A stretch of DNA of 64,000 nucleotides. It comes from an uncultured virus (IMG/VR IMGVR_UViG_3300037112_000155). Taxonomy: Duplodnaviria > Heunggongvirae > Uroviricota > Caudoviricetes. Each line of letters begins with the position of its first letter. The first letter of the stretch is position 1. The position numbers and the translations under genes are program-made. Below, in pieces: positions 1-10,579 of this stretch. Below the pieces are notes generated by a model. That model searched no databases and was not told the DNA's origin. It worked only from the letters and a program-made list of their open reading frames with translations. Where the stretch lies: positions 1-64,000 of the IMG/VR virus record IMGVR_UViG_3300037112_000155; one strand, written 5' to 3'.

Positions 1-4
1 ACTC

Positions 5-532
5 TTAGGCGACCTCAAAACCGGCCGCGAGTTGAATGTCGAGAACCTTGGTCAGGGTGACCTGGGGTGGAACCACGTAGCGGACCAGCAGGTTGGCTGC
101 GTCAAAAGCACCCAGCTGCCCGGCAATGCCGGTGGAACCGATGGCCAACTCCGACAGCGGGATCCAGGTCGAGCGATTGGACTCGACCCCTACCGTCTTC
201 GAAAACCGGGTCCAGGTACTGCCTCCATCGCAGCTGATCTCGAACCCACCGCTCATCTCTGGCCGGGTCGGGGTGTAGACGTCCCCGAGATAAGGCCACT
301 CGTTCTGTACGGCCGGAACATCGGAGCCCACGAGGTAGAAGCCCACACTGATCAGGGTTTCGAAGGTCCCGTTGATGGCGGCGGAGGTTTGCAGGCTGAT
401 TGCCTGGCCGTCGGTCGTAGTGCCGGGGAAGATGATGGGGAAGGTCAGGCCTGTGCTGACCCACGCCGTGCCGTCATATCCCTGGATCAGGGTGCCGTTC
501 TGCCGCCAGATGAGATAGAAAGGATTCGTCAT
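5..532 (-). CDS. hypothetical virion/baseplate-region protein (175 aa)
   Basis: ATG overlaps upstream TAA (TAATG); beta-rich composition; last gene of the baseplate cluster. Confidence 0.6.
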   Translation of the reverse strand: MTNPFYLIWRQNGTLIQGYDGTAWVSTGLTFPIIFPGTTTDGQAISLQTSAAINGTFETLISVGFYLVGSDVPAVQNEWPYLGDVYTPTRPEMSGGFEISCDGGSTWTRFSKTVGVESNRSTWIPLSELAIGSTGIAGQLGAFDAANLLVRYVVPPQVTLTKVLDIQLAAGFEVA

Positions 533-2097
533 TAGATTGATTCAGTCCCATCCGGAGCGTAGTAACGGACGACGGCGATAGTGCCCATGGGAAGCACGGA
601 GTTCACTTTGGCTGCGACGACGCTGCGGGTCATTGAATCCAGGATGCTCGTGGGCAGGTACACTACCAAAGCTGCGCCGATTGGATAGGGTCGACCGTCG
701 AGGTAGCCGAGGTCCCAGAAGTTGTCCGCCTCCGGAATGCTTTGGTACCGCGGCGCCAGTCCTCCGCCGCGAACGCGCGCGTCGGTGACCGTGAAAGAGG
801 ATGTGCCAAAAGCGGCGCCTGCCACCATCTGGCCAAAGACCAGAGGCGAAGTCGTCACCCAGTTGGGCGGCGCAGGGTCATTGGTCTGCCCGGCTACCGC
901 ATTGCCGGCGCTGTCGAAGATCTGGTGATAAATCACCCGGAACGGATCGCTGTCGGTGCGGTAGTAGAACTTGATGCTGCAGTTCTTCACGGCCGGGTTG
1001 GTGACTGGATTGACGTCGAGCGCAGTGTAGAGAACGTCCGGCTCCTCGTAGGAATAGAACGCATACACGATGTCGGTCGGATCGAGTGCCGGCAGTACCT
1101 TGACCCTCGCATTGACCGAATCGAAGTCCTGGATCTGCTGCCGCTTCCAGGGATAGAGAGTGCCTCGGTAGGTCGGCTGGGCAACTCCCTGCGGAGTGTC
1201 CGGCGCCGAACCATCGAGCGCATACTTGATGGCGTTCGTGGAATCGAAGACGACAATGTCGGGATACGGCTTTCGCGCATCGGTGTAGATGTGCTTGCGA
1301 TCAAACTCAACCAGGTGGGAGCTGAGGATCCTGCCGGGCACCCAGGAGCCCATCTGGTACGGCCGCATCGGCGTGAAGATCTGAGTCATATACTCCGGCG
1401 CGGGCGCGGTGAGCGCGAAGCGCACGCGGGGATACCAGGGCAGGTACGAGGGGGCGATATAGGGCACCAGTGCCTGGAACCCGTTCTGCGCAGTGAAGCG
1501 CACGGCGTACGCCAGCCGGTTGGCTACCTGCAGCAACTGACTGGTGAACAGGTAAGTCGTCGGCGAGGTCGAATAGAGGTTCGTCAACAGCACCGGGGCA
1601 TACTGCAAAAGGACTACCTGCACCGTGTTGGCTGCGTCGACGTAACGGACCTGGTAGGCGCCGCCGGACGGATCGCTTGCAGGCATGTCATGGAACATCT
1701 GACTGCCCAGGACCAGCACCGGTGCCGTGACCACATTGTTCTGCGCGTCCAGGATGGTCGCGCCGGCCACATTCTGGCCGAAAGAGTGGGTACAGTAGAG
1801 GGGTGTGCCGTCGACGGCGAAACGGTTGGTGATCTGGAAGAACTGGTTCTGGACCAGGTAATTGATGTCCCCTGAGATCAGCACGGACTGGTTCACATCC
1901 GGCGCGGTAAAATCCGGATCGGTTGCCAGAGTTCCGGATGCCTTCCAGATGCCGAGCGAACCTTGCAGATGGGGCGTATTGACCACATCCACCAGGTCAT
2001 TCGGCGTGGCCTGGCTGGCAGCGACCTGTGCGATCGCCACCGCCCGCGACGGGATCTGGCGTGCGTAATAGAACTCTTGAATTCCTCTGGGGGCCAT
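532..2097 (-). CDS. putative baseplate/tail structural protein (521 aa)
   Basis: GAGG SD upstream; C-terminal DARVRGGGL...FWDLGYLDG...LPMGT segment; position downstream of baseplate J. Confidence 0.55.
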   Translation of the reverse strand: MAPRGIQEFYYARQIPSRAVAIAQVAASQATPNDLVDVVNTPHLQGSLGIWKASGTLATDPDFTAPDVNQSVLISGDINYLVQNQFFQITNRFAVDGTPLYCTHSFGQNVAGATILDAQNNVVTAPVLVLGSQMFHDMPASDPSGGAYQVRYVDAANTVQVVLLQYAPVLLTNLYSTSPTTYLFTSQLLQVANRLAYAVRFTAQNGFQALVPYIAPSYLPWYPRVRFALTAPAPEYMTQIFTPMRPYQMGSWVPGRILSSHLVEFDRKHIYTDARKPYPDIVVFDSTNAIKYALDGSAPDTPQGVAQPTYRGTLYPWKRQQIQDFDSVNARVKVLPALDPTDIVYAFYSYEEPDVLYTALDVNPVTNPAVKNCSIKFYYRTDSDPFRVIYHQIFDSAGNAVAGQTNDPAPPNWVTTSPLVFGQMVAGAAFGTSSFTVTDARVRGGGLAPRYQSIPEADNFWDLGYLDGRPYPIGAALVVYLPTSILDSMTRSVVAAKVNSVLPMGTIAVVRYYAPDGTESI

Positions 2098-2114
2098 GAT
2101 TATTCCTCAGCGCC

Positions 2115-3767
2115 TTAGGCGCCGACCCTCCATGTAAGCGCGAAGATGTTCGCAATCATCGGATTGCCGGTGTCGACTTCGCCTGGGATTCCTGCGCCGA
2201 CGTTGTTCCAGGCCCCGCAGTACACCTGACCCGGTACAACGGTGACGCCATCTGGCCCAATGTTCATCGCAACATGAATGTTGTTGTAGGTGGTGCCGTG
2301 GCCCATGCCCAACCCGATCGACGGGGATCCGAGGAAGTTGGTGTAACCGAAGTTGACATTGGGCAGCGGAACGAACTGCCCGCTGCGGGTTGTGCCCGCT
2401 CCGACCGCAACCTCAATTGCATTGGTCCCGTTCGGCGCAAACCGAAGGATGAGCCACTTCATCGAGCTGCCTGAACCGCCTGCGACCGTCACACTTGAAA
2501 GCGAAAGGCTCGTGGTGCCGTGAGGATTTGTCGTGCCATCCTTCTGGTTGACGTGATCGATCAGGACCTGAGCCATGCTCATCATCCCGTGGAGAGGGCC
2601 GGTGAAGGTGAGGGGAGTTCCACCAGGCGCAGCGACCAGGCTGGCCAACAGGGCGCTGAAAACGTCGCCACCGTGTTCGAGACCGGCCTTGTAGACGCCG
2701 TTCTCATTCACCGCATAGGCAGGGTCATTGGCGCTGGCGACGAAGGTGCCCGCGCTCTGGTTGACGGAGAAACCGCCAGAGTCCGCATTGACCTGGGGAG
2801 GATGGGATGTCGAGAGCCCCAGCGCCTGGCCAACGTGGCTGGCAGGAGCAGCTCCTACGTCCGCGGCCGTGGGCATGGGGTGGACTCCCCCTCCCAGCGG
2901 ACGATTGATATGTGAGGCGATCCGGAGATCGGCATCGTTCGCTGTCGCGCGTACACCTTCCAGTGCGGCCTCACCGGTCTGATGAGTTGGGGTATGCACG
3001 ATCTTGGCGTTTGAAATCCCGCCTGGATCCGCCCCAATGGAGTAGTTGCCGCTTCCATCCGGCACTGGAGCGCGGACACTGGCATCGACCACTGAGACGG
3101 CCAAGGGTGTGCGCGCATCGCCCAGGCGAGGATCGTCGGAGGCTACGGCTCGCCCGGAAGAGGTACCAGTGGTCAGGAGCACAGGACCGGCCTGCTTCGC
3201 GGTGGCAAGTGCCTGGGGCTTGACGCTCGTCGTACTGGCGAGGGTCAGAACGCCGCCCGAAGAGGTGAAGGTGAACAGAACGACCGGAGCCGTATTGACC
3301 TCGAACTGCGTGGTGGGGTTGAGCGGAGTCGCCGAGGTGTCGACGTTCGACAGCTGCAACACCAGCTCGCCCATCTGCGCCGTAGGTTCGCCCGTGCCGG
3401 CGTCGACCAGGGAAGAGTCGTCAGCATTGGTCCGGATCACCAACTGCCAGTTCAGAAAGACCTGAGTCTGACCGGTCGTGAGGGTGACCGGCGCGGCTTC
3501 CCCGGAGGCAAGCACTTCCCAGCGGCCGCGGACAAACACCAGCATGGGCAACAGGGAATTGGTCGGCACAAAGCTGATGGTGCTGGACACGATTGTCGGC
3601 GTGACATTGAACGTCGCGCCTTCCTGGTAGATTGCATCCAGGTCGAACGTGACGAGGTTGTCACTGGCGTCAACGCCGTGAGTAATCGCCTGGAGCTTGT
3701 TCAGCTCGCGACCTTGGAGAATACGATCGCCAATCCAGTAGATATAGCGGTACCGGGCCGGATTCAT
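2115..3767 (-). CDS. baseplate/tail-fibre attachment protein, DUF4815-like N-terminus (550 aa)
   Basis: N-terminal RILQGRELNKLQ resembles the LQaRELNelQ signature; fibre-like H-x-N..PH segments; synteny. Confidence 0.55.
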   Translation of the reverse strand: MNPARYRYIYWIGDRILQGRELNKLQAITHGVDASDNLVTFDLDAIYQEGATFNVTPTIVSSTISFVPTNSLLPMLVFVRGRWEVLASGEAAPVTLTTGQTQVFLNWQLVIRTNADDSSLVDAGTGEPTAQMGELVLQLSNVDTSATPLNPTTQFEVNTAPVVLFTFTSSGGVLTLASTTSVKPQALATAKQAGPVLLTTGTSSGRAVASDDPRLGDARTPLAVSVVDASVRAPVPDGSGNYSIGADPGGISNAKIVHTPTHQTGEAALEGVRATANDADLRIASHINRPLGGGVHPMPTAADVGAAPASHVGQALGLSTSHPPQVNADSGGFSVNQSAGTFVASANDPAYAVNENGVYKAGLEHGGDVFSALLASLVAAPGGTPLTFTGPLHGMMSMAQVLIDHVNQKDGTTNPHGTTSLSLSSVTVAGGSGSSMKWLILRFAPNGTNAIEVAVGAGTTRSGQFVPLPNVNFGYTNFLGSPSIGLGMGHGTTYNNIHVAMNIGPDGVTVVPGQVYCGAWNNVGAGIPGEVDTGNPMIANIFALTWRVGA

Positions 3768-3776
3768 GGGGAGTCC

Positions 3777-6233
3777 TTAGAAGATGGGGGTATTGCCTGG
3801 CTGGTAGCCGAGGCGGTAAACGTTGAGCCGGCCATTCGTGGCGTTGTTGAGGATCAACCAGGGGTTGTCCTCAATCGCCGGAGGTGTGGCCATCTGCAGC
3901 AGGATCGTGTTGGATTCGACATTGCTGTCGAGAACCTGCAGCTGAAGAGTGACCCGCTGCAGAAAGGTCAGGAAGTAGGAACCGATGGTCGAGATTGTCG
4001 GCAGCGGCTGGGCAAAGACCAACGCCACGACGACGCCATCGAAGCTCGAAGAGGTGTAATTGTTCCCGTGCTGATCCATGGCCTGGATCGGGTTCAGACC
4101 CCAGGACGTACGCAGACCGTTGGTCTTGTAGTTCGGGTGGCCGGGAGTTCCGGAAGTCGTCCAGGCGATCTCGCCAGCGGCAGTGTCCGCGCCCACTTTC
4201 CCGAACAGGGCATTGTTGTTGAAATCCAAGTACACCGTGCTCAACCAGTCGGTGCCGTCGAAGACCTGCGAGATGGGAATTCCCTCAGGCAGAACGATCG
4301 TGTCGTTGGCAATGGTCGTGAGCCTGAGCCCCGCCAGGTCGCCGCTGGCAGCAATGGGCGGAATGTACATGCCCCAATCCGGCGAGGGCGTGAAGACCAT
4401 GCTGACTGCGCCGTCGGCGCCTGTCGTCACGATCACATCTTCGGTGTTTGGATCCTGGTAGTTGATCGACCCGGACCAAGTCTCGGGATCAACCACCACC
4501 TTCATCCTCACGTTCGGAACGGTCTCGCCGTTCAGCGGACCGTACGCGGTCGCGCTCAGCAGGGCATAGTCCCCGTTGAAGTAGACCGGGCCGTACGCGA
4601 CCATGTCGATCACCGAGGAGTACGTTGCGGGGATGTCAATCAATGGCTTGTCGCAGGAAAGCGCGACGGAGATCGGTGCGAGCCGCCGGTGCTGCAGATA
4701 CACAAAGCCTTCGGCAAGCCCGGAGAACGCCGGGTTGAGATCCGGAGGAAGTTGGCGGGTCTGACTTACGGTCTCGTAGAGAACAGCCACCGCTGGGTCG
4801 CAGATCGCATAGACAGGCTCGCCCGTAACGCCGGGTGCTCCGCGAACGACCATCGTGCCTTCGTCGAAGTTGTAGGTGAAGTCCGTGCAGCCGCCGTGGG
4901 CGATGGACGGGCCGTGGTCGACGTACACGTTCTGGATCGAGAACACAGGGTAGATCGGCAGACTGAAGTAATCCGTTCCCGACCCGCTCAACACGCCCAA
5001 CAACACCGGCAGCTGAGCCTGAGGCTGGCTCAGGGTGATGGTGCGGGTGCGGCGGTTCAGCTGGAACTGCAAGCCATTCGCATCGAACTGACTGCCTGCC
5101 TGGTAGCGATAGTTGGTTGCGATCGAGTAGAAACCGTTCGAATCGCGCTGCCATGTGCCCACGAAGACAGGAGCCGGCCACGCTGGAGTCTGCTGCAGAA
5201 CATGCTGAGTGGCGTAGCCGGACAGGAACTCCAGCATGGAAGAACCCGGCAGGAAGTAGCGCACCGGTCCGTCGAAATAGGTACCATCCTCGATGTTGAG
5301 GAAAACGGACTCTTCGATCTCGGTCAGACCCAGCGGCTTGAGATCGTCATTGTCCCCGATCCCGTCGATGAACTTGTCGAAGCCGACGGCATTGACATCG
5401 GTGTCCCAGCGGGTCGGTACGATTGTGCCGGCATTGATCTCTGTTTCATCCCGCCAGCGATACTCGCCGACGATGAAACCGGGAATGGTTCTGGAGACCC
5501 TGCGGTTTGCCGACAACAAACGCGCGCTCTGCTTCAGCATCTGATCCTGCCGCAGCAAGTAGGCCGACGCGCTCGGCAGAATGCCGGCGGCTGTCGAAGG
5601 AATGGCCGAGCTGTCCCCTGCCTGATAGGCAAAGAAGTTGCTCGTGTGGATCTGCCAGTCGGTCAACTCCGCCAGGTCGCCCGCGGGGATCGTCAATTGC
5701 ACGTCCATCCGCAGTGCGTGCGCGACTCCGGAGCTGATCGCAGCCTGCGGAACGATGAAGGCTGCTCCCATGACACCAAAGGAAGTCTGCCAGCTGGGAT
5801 TGGAACTGAGGGCCGGAGTTCCGAACGAGACCAACAAACCGTTGGTCAGGTCGTTACCTGCGCCGAAGAAGACGATGTTGCCGCGGCTCCGCCATGCGAT
5901 GTTCGGCCTGATGACATCATCCACGGCCAAAGGAGCGGTCAAGCCGGTGACCCCGGTCAGGCTCTGGCTGGTCAGGCCGGTATAGGTGATGGTCATCGTG
6001 TCATGACCACCCTGGGTCACGATCGCCGAGCCCGCTTCCGGGAACTCAAAGGTCTGATTGGTGACGATGGTGGCGGCGCCGCTGGCGGCCGCGGTGCGCA
6101 CGGTGGCGGTGTAAGGGTCTCCCAGGTACAGCGAACCCGTCTGGGGCCCGCCTGCAAGCGCACAGAGAAATCGCTTGGGCGTGTTCACCGTCACTGCGTT
6201 GCGAAGCTGGGAGTCGAGATAAAAGCCAATCAT
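3777..6233 (-). CDS. putative baseplate wedge/structural protein (about 818 aa)
   Basis: Start moved to the ATG at 6233 (TAATG coupling); beta-rich; baseplate synteny. Confidence 0.55.
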   Translation of the reverse strand: MIGFYLDSQLRNAVTVNTPKRFLCALAGGPQTGSLYLGDPYTATVRTAAASGAATIVTNQTFEFPEAGSAIVTQGGHDTMTITYTGLTSQSLTGVTGLTAPLAVDDVIRPNIAWRSRGNIVFFGAGNDLTNGLLVSFGTPALSSNPSWQTSFGVMGAAFIVPQAAISSGVAHALRMDVQLTIPAGDLAELTDWQIHTSNFFAYQAGDSSAIPSTAAGILPSASAYLLRQDQMLKQSARLLSANRRVSRTIPGFIVGEYRWRDETEINAGTIVPTRWDTDVNAVGFDKFIDGIGDNDDLKPLGLTEIEESVFLNIEDGTYFDGPVRYFLPGSSMLEFLSGYATQHVLQQTPAWPAPVFVGTWQRDSNGFYSIATNYRYQAGSQFDANGLQFQLNRRTRTITLSQPQAQLPVLLGVLSGSGTDYFSLPIYPVFSIQNVYVDHGPSIAHGGCTDFTYNFDEGTMVVRGAPGVTGEPVYAICDPAVAVLYETVSQTRQLPPDLNPAFSGLAEGFVYLQHRRLAPISVALSCDKPLIDIPATYSSVIDMVAYGPVYFNGDYALLSATAYGPLNGETVPNVRMKVVVDPETWSGSINYQDPNTEDVIVTTGADGAVSMVFTPSPDWGMYIPPIAASGDLAGLRLTTIANDTIVLPEGIPISQVFDGTDWLSTVYLDFNNNALFGKVGADTAAGEIAWTTSGTPGHPNYKTNGLRTSWGLNPIQAMDQHGNNYTSSSFDGVVVALVFAQPLPTISTIGSYFLTFLQRVTLQLQVLDSNVESNTILLQMATPPAIEDNPWLILNNATNGRLNVYRLGYQPGNTPIF

Positions 6234-7021
6234 TATTCCGCCCAATACGAGGGGTCTGCTGTCATGACCACCTGGAGTGCTTCCCGCAGTTGGTAAGCCA
6301 GCACGTTGTTCGAACCGACGCCGATAGTAGCCAGGGCGGGTTCGGTCAATCCGAAGAGGCCAACCTGGGTACAGACCAGGTTGAAAGGCAGCACGAGATA
6401 CTGATAGGAGATCGCCAGACCTGCCGCCGGGTTCGCGTGCAGGATCAGTTCGCCGGTCTCGCCGTAAAGCAGGTAGTCGCCGGGTGCGTTGTTGAAGGCC
6501 ACGGATGCTTCGAGGACGCTGGAGTGAACCAGCATCTGATCATTCGAGATGACCGCCTCACCGACCACCGTATGAATGTTGCTCTGCCTCGCCAGTTGGA
6601 GCGCGGGGCCATCCTCAGTCAGCAGCAGGGCCGTGACTCCGGGGATGCTGTTCAGATCCCGGACCACATCGCTCAACAGGCGCCACTCCCAGTAATTGTC
6701 CACGGCCATAGTGACAGTGGGAATCTGGCGGGTCACTCCAAGTGTCAGGACGGTCACCAGGCCGATCGATGAGGCGATGGCCAGGGTTGGGTCCGTCGAG
6801 GCGATCGAGATCCCCTCAGACTGTGCCAGGCCCAGCTGCAGGCACAACTCATCCTGTGTGCCTTCATAGCTGTGATCCCGGCGGCGAGTGGTGGCCTGAT
6901 AGGAGCGCGCGAGAAACGTGGCTGCCTTCTCGCCGGGGAACCGGGACAGTCCCAGGTTCAGAGCGGCGAGGTCCGCATAGGTCAGGCTGTTGACGAGTTG
7001 GAGTTGGCTGGTCGAGTTCAT
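6233..7021 (-). CDS. putative baseplate protein (262 aa, starts MNSTSQL)
   Basis: ATG at 7021 overlaps the TAA of the upstream gene; LGLSRFPGE...FLAR resembles wedge-protein (gpI-like) segments. Confidence 0.5.
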   Translation of the reverse strand: MNSTSQLQLVNSLTYADLAALNLGLSRFPGEKAATFLARSYQATTRRRDHSYEGTQDELCLQLGLAQSEGISIASTDPTLAIASSIGLVTVLTLGVTRQIPTVTMAVDNYWEWRLLSDVVRDLNSIPGVTALLLTEDGPALQLARQSNIHTVVGEAVISNDQMLVHSSVLEASVAFNNAPGDYLLYGETGELILHANPAAGLAISYQYLVLPFNLVCTQVGLFGLTEPALATIGVGSNNVLAYQLREALQVVMTADPSYWAE

Positions 7022-8565
7022 TACTGGTACTGAACCGTGTCGTACGTGTCTGTCAGGTAAAGCATCCGGTTGGCGGCGTCGAGAAGATACGCATCGTAGC
7101 GAACCTTCAGCGGCACCAGGTAATCGCCTGTCCATGCCCAGAGTTGTTCAAGGGCGTCGAAGGCCAGGCCCTGAATCCCGGGAAGAATGCCGGAGAGATC
7201 GAAGGAAGCTCCTGTTGGTGCTGCGAAGTTCGGGTACGGGAAGTTGTCGGCCGTCAAGACGCCGTCCGTTCCCATGCACTCAATAGTGATTACATAGGTG
7301 CCGGTCTGTACCAAAGGAATGGACAGCGGGATGGGCTTTCCACCTTGCCATCCAGCCGCTCCGGTATAGGCCGCAAGCGATCCATCGGGCATCAGCACAA
7401 AGTCATTGCCCTGGGGATCCTCGATCAGATACCGCCAGTGGGAAAGATTGGAGGCGCCGCCGTAGTCCACCGGCCGCAGAGCCACGTAACGAACCGCTCC
7501 GTTGTGAACGACGTCGTAACTGACGTCCAGGCCATAGAGGGGTTCCCGGGTCATCGCCGTCACATTCAACTTGGGCGGCAGGGGCTCGCGGCGATCGAAG
7601 TAAGTCACATTCGCGCCGGCCGCTGCGAACATGCCCCAGGTGTGAGGCTCTACGCAAAGTGCGTTGAAAGGTACGCTCATTGCGTAGGATTGCGCATACT
7701 CGAGGGTGCTGAAGTTGTCCATCATGAACAGTTCCTTCAGCAGGTTCTCGCTTGCAGAGACCGCCCAATAGCGATCGAACAGCACGTCCCGGAACACGGG
7801 GTGAGTGTAAGGCCGGTCCGCATCCAGCACCGCCGGCATATTGACCGGTAGCTGCCAGCAACGCAGGCGGACTCCCGCGGGGAGACCGCGGATCACCACG
7901 GACGTGACGTTCTGCCAGATCTTGGCGCCGGTGAAGATACCTTCGTCCGCCTGGCTAATCGTCTCGCTGGCGCCGGTCTGTTGCGATGCCCAAACAGGTT
8001 TCGGAAACTGGTCGCCCTGGACGAAGATGTCCAGTGCCATGTGGTTGCCCTCGATGCCTTCGGCCCAGAAGGTCAGGCGATTGGGGACCGCCAGGGCAAA
8101 GGGTCCGACGTCGTGCATATCCCACACCAGGCTGGTGGCGTCGCCTGTCCCTGTGATATCGAATAGGATCGGACTGGTGAATGCAACGCGGGACCGTGCC
8201 GTATCTTCGAGCATCGCACTTGGTACCGGCAGACGGTCGTCGTAGGGCTTCAGGATGGTCGAACTGGTTCCGGTAATTCCGGTCACCAGGTCAAGCGTGG
8301 CCTGGTCGGATCCCAGCACGAACTCGTTCGGAATCGCGATGGCATAGTAAGACCCGCCGTTGTCCAGTCCGGACGGACAAGTCGCCAGAAGGAGAGCCGC
8401 CAGTTCCCGTTCAATCCTCTGCTGGGAATCATCGAGTGCCATGGCCGCCGTGTTCAGCAGCTGCGCATCGATCGTGTAAGGTTCTTCCCGGACACGCTGA
8501 TCTGCCGCATCAAAGTAGTTGAGCAGCACCTGGGTGCGGTGCGATCTGTAAAAAGCCGTGGACAT
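7021..8565 (-). CDS. putative baseplate protein (514 aa)
   Basis: Directly follows baseplate J; tight packing. Confidence 0.55.
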   Translation of the reverse strand: MSTAFYRSHRTQVLLNYFDAADQRVREEPYTIDAQLLNTAAMALDDSQQRIERELAALLLATCPSGLDNGGSYYAIAIPNEFVLGSDQATLDLVTGITGTSSTILKPYDDRLPVPSAMLEDTARSRVAFTSPILFDITGTGDATSLVWDMHDVGPFALAVPNRLTFWAEGIEGNHMALDIFVQGDQFPKPVWASQQTGASETISQADEGIFTGAKIWQNVTSVVIRGLPAGVRLRCWQLPVNMPAVLDADRPYTHPVFRDVLFDRYWAVSASENLLKELFMMDNFSTLEYAQSYAMSVPFNALCVEPHTWGMFAAAGANVTYFDRREPLPPKLNVTAMTREPLYGLDVSYDVVHNGAVRYVALRPVDYGGASNLSHWRYLIEDPQGNDFVLMPDGSLAAYTGAAGWQGGKPIPLSIPLVQTGTYVITIECMGTDGVLTADNFPYPNFAAPTGASFDLSGILPGIQGLAFDALEQLWAWTGDYLVPLKVRYDAYLLDAANRMLYLTDTYDTVQYQ

Positions 8566-8567
8566 GG

Positions 8568-9779
8568 TTAGGAAGCCTGTGCCAGGTTGACTGGGTTCGA
8601 GATCGAGGTCTCGACAACGATGCGCTCACCGTTCTTAGGGGTGTAATTCCCGACCAGATAGCGCGAGTAACGTGTACCGTCGGCCCGGCTGCGCCAGATG
8701 AAGATCTGATTGATCGGCGCATCCGGCTGCCCGATGTCGAGGATGTTGGTGCTTGACGACTGAATCGCGTCTGCCAGGGCATTGATGACCAATGCCTGGC
8801 CTTGGGCCGAGTTGAGATTGTTGATGTAGTTCTGTGCGGCCGTCGTCGCCGTCGAGATGGCGTTCTGTTGATCTCCCGCAGTCGCCGTGCTGGCAAAGGT
8901 CACCGTAGTCGAGAACGAGATGCCGATCAGGTCCGGCTGGATGGCGGAACCCGAGAGAGGGTACGCCGTGATGTCGTCCATCTGTCCTTGCACCAGCGCC
9001 AGAAGCGACGGAGGAACGACGGGCGAGATGCCGTAGACGTAGCAGAGGAAGGTCCCGGCCAGACGGTCGAATACGCAGTCCTGGATTCCAGGTACAGCAA
9101 GTACAGCGAGGCGCAAATCAGCCTCTGCTGCTCCGCCGTGCGATTGGAGCCGTAGGCTGATACGGTACCGGTAGTCATCGTCGGTCTCGACATCGCGGCC
9201 CCCGATCAGTCCATAGTTGTTGGTGACCAGCAGCGAACTGTAACGCGAGTCCGCGTAGTTGGTGAAGTTGTGGGCTTGGAAGACGCCTTCCGCGGCATTG
9301 CCGGAGGCCCCGACCTGCTGGCTCTGAACGGCAAAGGATACGGTGGTCTGCGAGGCCTGGCAGGTGACTTGAGTGGCAGTGACCACGATCTGGCCAGAGA
9401 CCCCAGCTGTGGTGTAGATCTGCGTGCCGGCGGGGATGATGATGTCCTGGCCGCTGTTGATCGAACCGAAGGTCCCACGGGCAACATAGAACTCGAAGTT
9501 GTCGTCGAGCGCCGAGCTGTTCACATCGAGGCGCTGCAACCGCGGCATGTTGAACATCTGGCCGAAGTCGTCGAGGCTGGTCTTGGTGGCGTAGGGCAGC
9601 AGCTTCTGGGCAATGGCGACGAAGCTCTTGGCTTCCGACAATCCCTGCTGGTTGCCGACCGCGTCGCAGAAGGCCCGCGCTTTGCCGCCGGCGGACGTGT
9701 TCTGGATACCAGTCTGCTGCAGGGCCGCAAGGATGTTGGCCTGGTAGGTGGTGGGAGAGGTGGGAGTCTGGACGGACAT
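8568..9779 (-). CDS. baseplate J-like wedge protein (403 aa)
   Basis: ATKTSLDDFG, IPAGTQI, GASGN, GGRDVETDDDYRYRI and AVLAVPGI match the Baseplate_J pattern. Confidence 0.85.
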   Translation of the reverse strand: MSVQTPTSPTTYQANILAALQQTGIQNTSAGGKARAFCDAVGNQQGLSEAKSFVAIAQKLLPYATKTSLDDFGQMFNMPRLQRLDVNSSALDDNFEFYVARGTFGSINSGQDIIIPAGTQIYTTAGVSGQIVVTATQVTCQASQTTVSFAVQSQQVGASGNAAEGVFQAHNFTNYADSRYSSLLVTNNYGLIGGRDVETDDDYRYRISLRLQSHGGAAEADLRLAVLAVPGIQDCVFDRLAGTFLCYVYGISPVVPPSLLALVQGQMDDITAYPLSGSAIQPDLIGISFSTTVTFASTATAGDQQNAISTATTAAQNYINNLNSAQGQALVINALADAIQSSSTNILDIGQPDAPINQIFIWRSRADGTRYSRYLVGNYTPKNGERIVVETSISNPVNLAQAS

Positions 9780-10139
9780 TTACTTGGTCACCGTAGTGGT
9801 AGCGATCAGGGTCTTATCAAGGAAGACGAAGACCTGGATGGTCGAACCCATGGGGACGGTCTTCACTGTGAAAGAACCGTAGGGTAGAAAGTCCTGGGTG
9901 AAAGCGGCGGTGACCTGGCGCTGGATGGTTGTCTCCAGCTCCGCGGCAACCGTCTGACCTGGACAGGAGTCGAGATCCGCACCGATCATGGGATAGAGCT
10001 TCCAGGCGTTCAACGCGGCCTTGAGCCGCGTGTAGGCCATGTCCTTGAGACACTGCAGCGGGGACGCTGTGAAGGCGATGTCGCCGGAGCCGTCTTGCAG
10101 CAGGCCGCCCTTACTCATCCATCCGAGATCTACAGACAT
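9780..10139 (-). CDS. gp25/GpW-like baseplate wedge subunit, sheath initiator (119 aa)
   Basis: GDIA...RLKA...W.LYP.IGADL motif, size, and position before baseplate J. Confidence 0.7.
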   Translation of the reverse strand: MSVDLGWMSKGGLLQDGSGDIAFTASPLQCLKDMAYTRLKAALNAWKLYPMIGADLDSCPGQTVAAELETTIQRQVTAAFTQDFLPYGSFTVKTVPMGSTIQVFVFLDKTLIATTTVTK

Positions 10140-10148
10140 TGGGGCCTT

Positions 10149-10547
10149 CTAAGCGGCATCGGAGTTAGCTGTCAGAAAGTCCATGCAAGAAGAAAGTGCA
10201 CTTTTTCCTTCCAGCAAGTTGGGCGTGGACCGGATCAGCGTGGGAATCGGAGTGGGGGTGGTGGAGGGCAGGCAGGTCAGCAGCAGGGGATTGAACCGCC
10301 AATAGCCGCCGCCAAAGGAAATCTGATCCGGAGTAGCGGAGAGACTCAACTTGCCGGACAGCAGAACCCCGAAGTCGGGATCCACACGCACGACATTGTT
10401 GGCGTCGGCGGCGAGAATGATCTCGTCTTCCGTAACTGCGACCGTCGGCTGCCCATCGTAGGAGTCGCCGGCATACAAGGTCTTTGGCTGCTTCTGATAG
10501 GTTCCGGACTGGTTTTCGAGATCGAAGACGAGAGGTTGGCTGGACAT
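10149..10547 (-). CDS. putative short baseplate spike-like protein (132 aa)
   Basis: Short alternating beta-strand repeats (VAVTEDEIILAA, VVRVDPDFGVLLSG); position between hub and gp25. Confidence 0.4.
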   Translation of the reverse strand: MSSQPLVFDLENQSGTYQKQPKTLYAGDSYDGQPTVAVTEDEIILAADANNVVRVDPDFGVLLSGKLSLSATPDQISFGGGYWRFNPLLLTCLPSTTPTPIPTLIRSTPNLLEGKSALSSCMDFLTANSDAA

Positions 10548-10579
10548 GAATCGGACGATTCCTGACGATACCCTGACGA

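Noticed and set aside
3678..6296. 872-aa plus-strand ORF, and similar long antisense ORFs at 18424-19752, 33885-35855, 47236-48948, 49376-51775, 53071-54813 and 57194-58642
   Set aside because: Shadow frames of codon-biased minus-strand genes; no motifs, and fully overlapping well-supported CDSs
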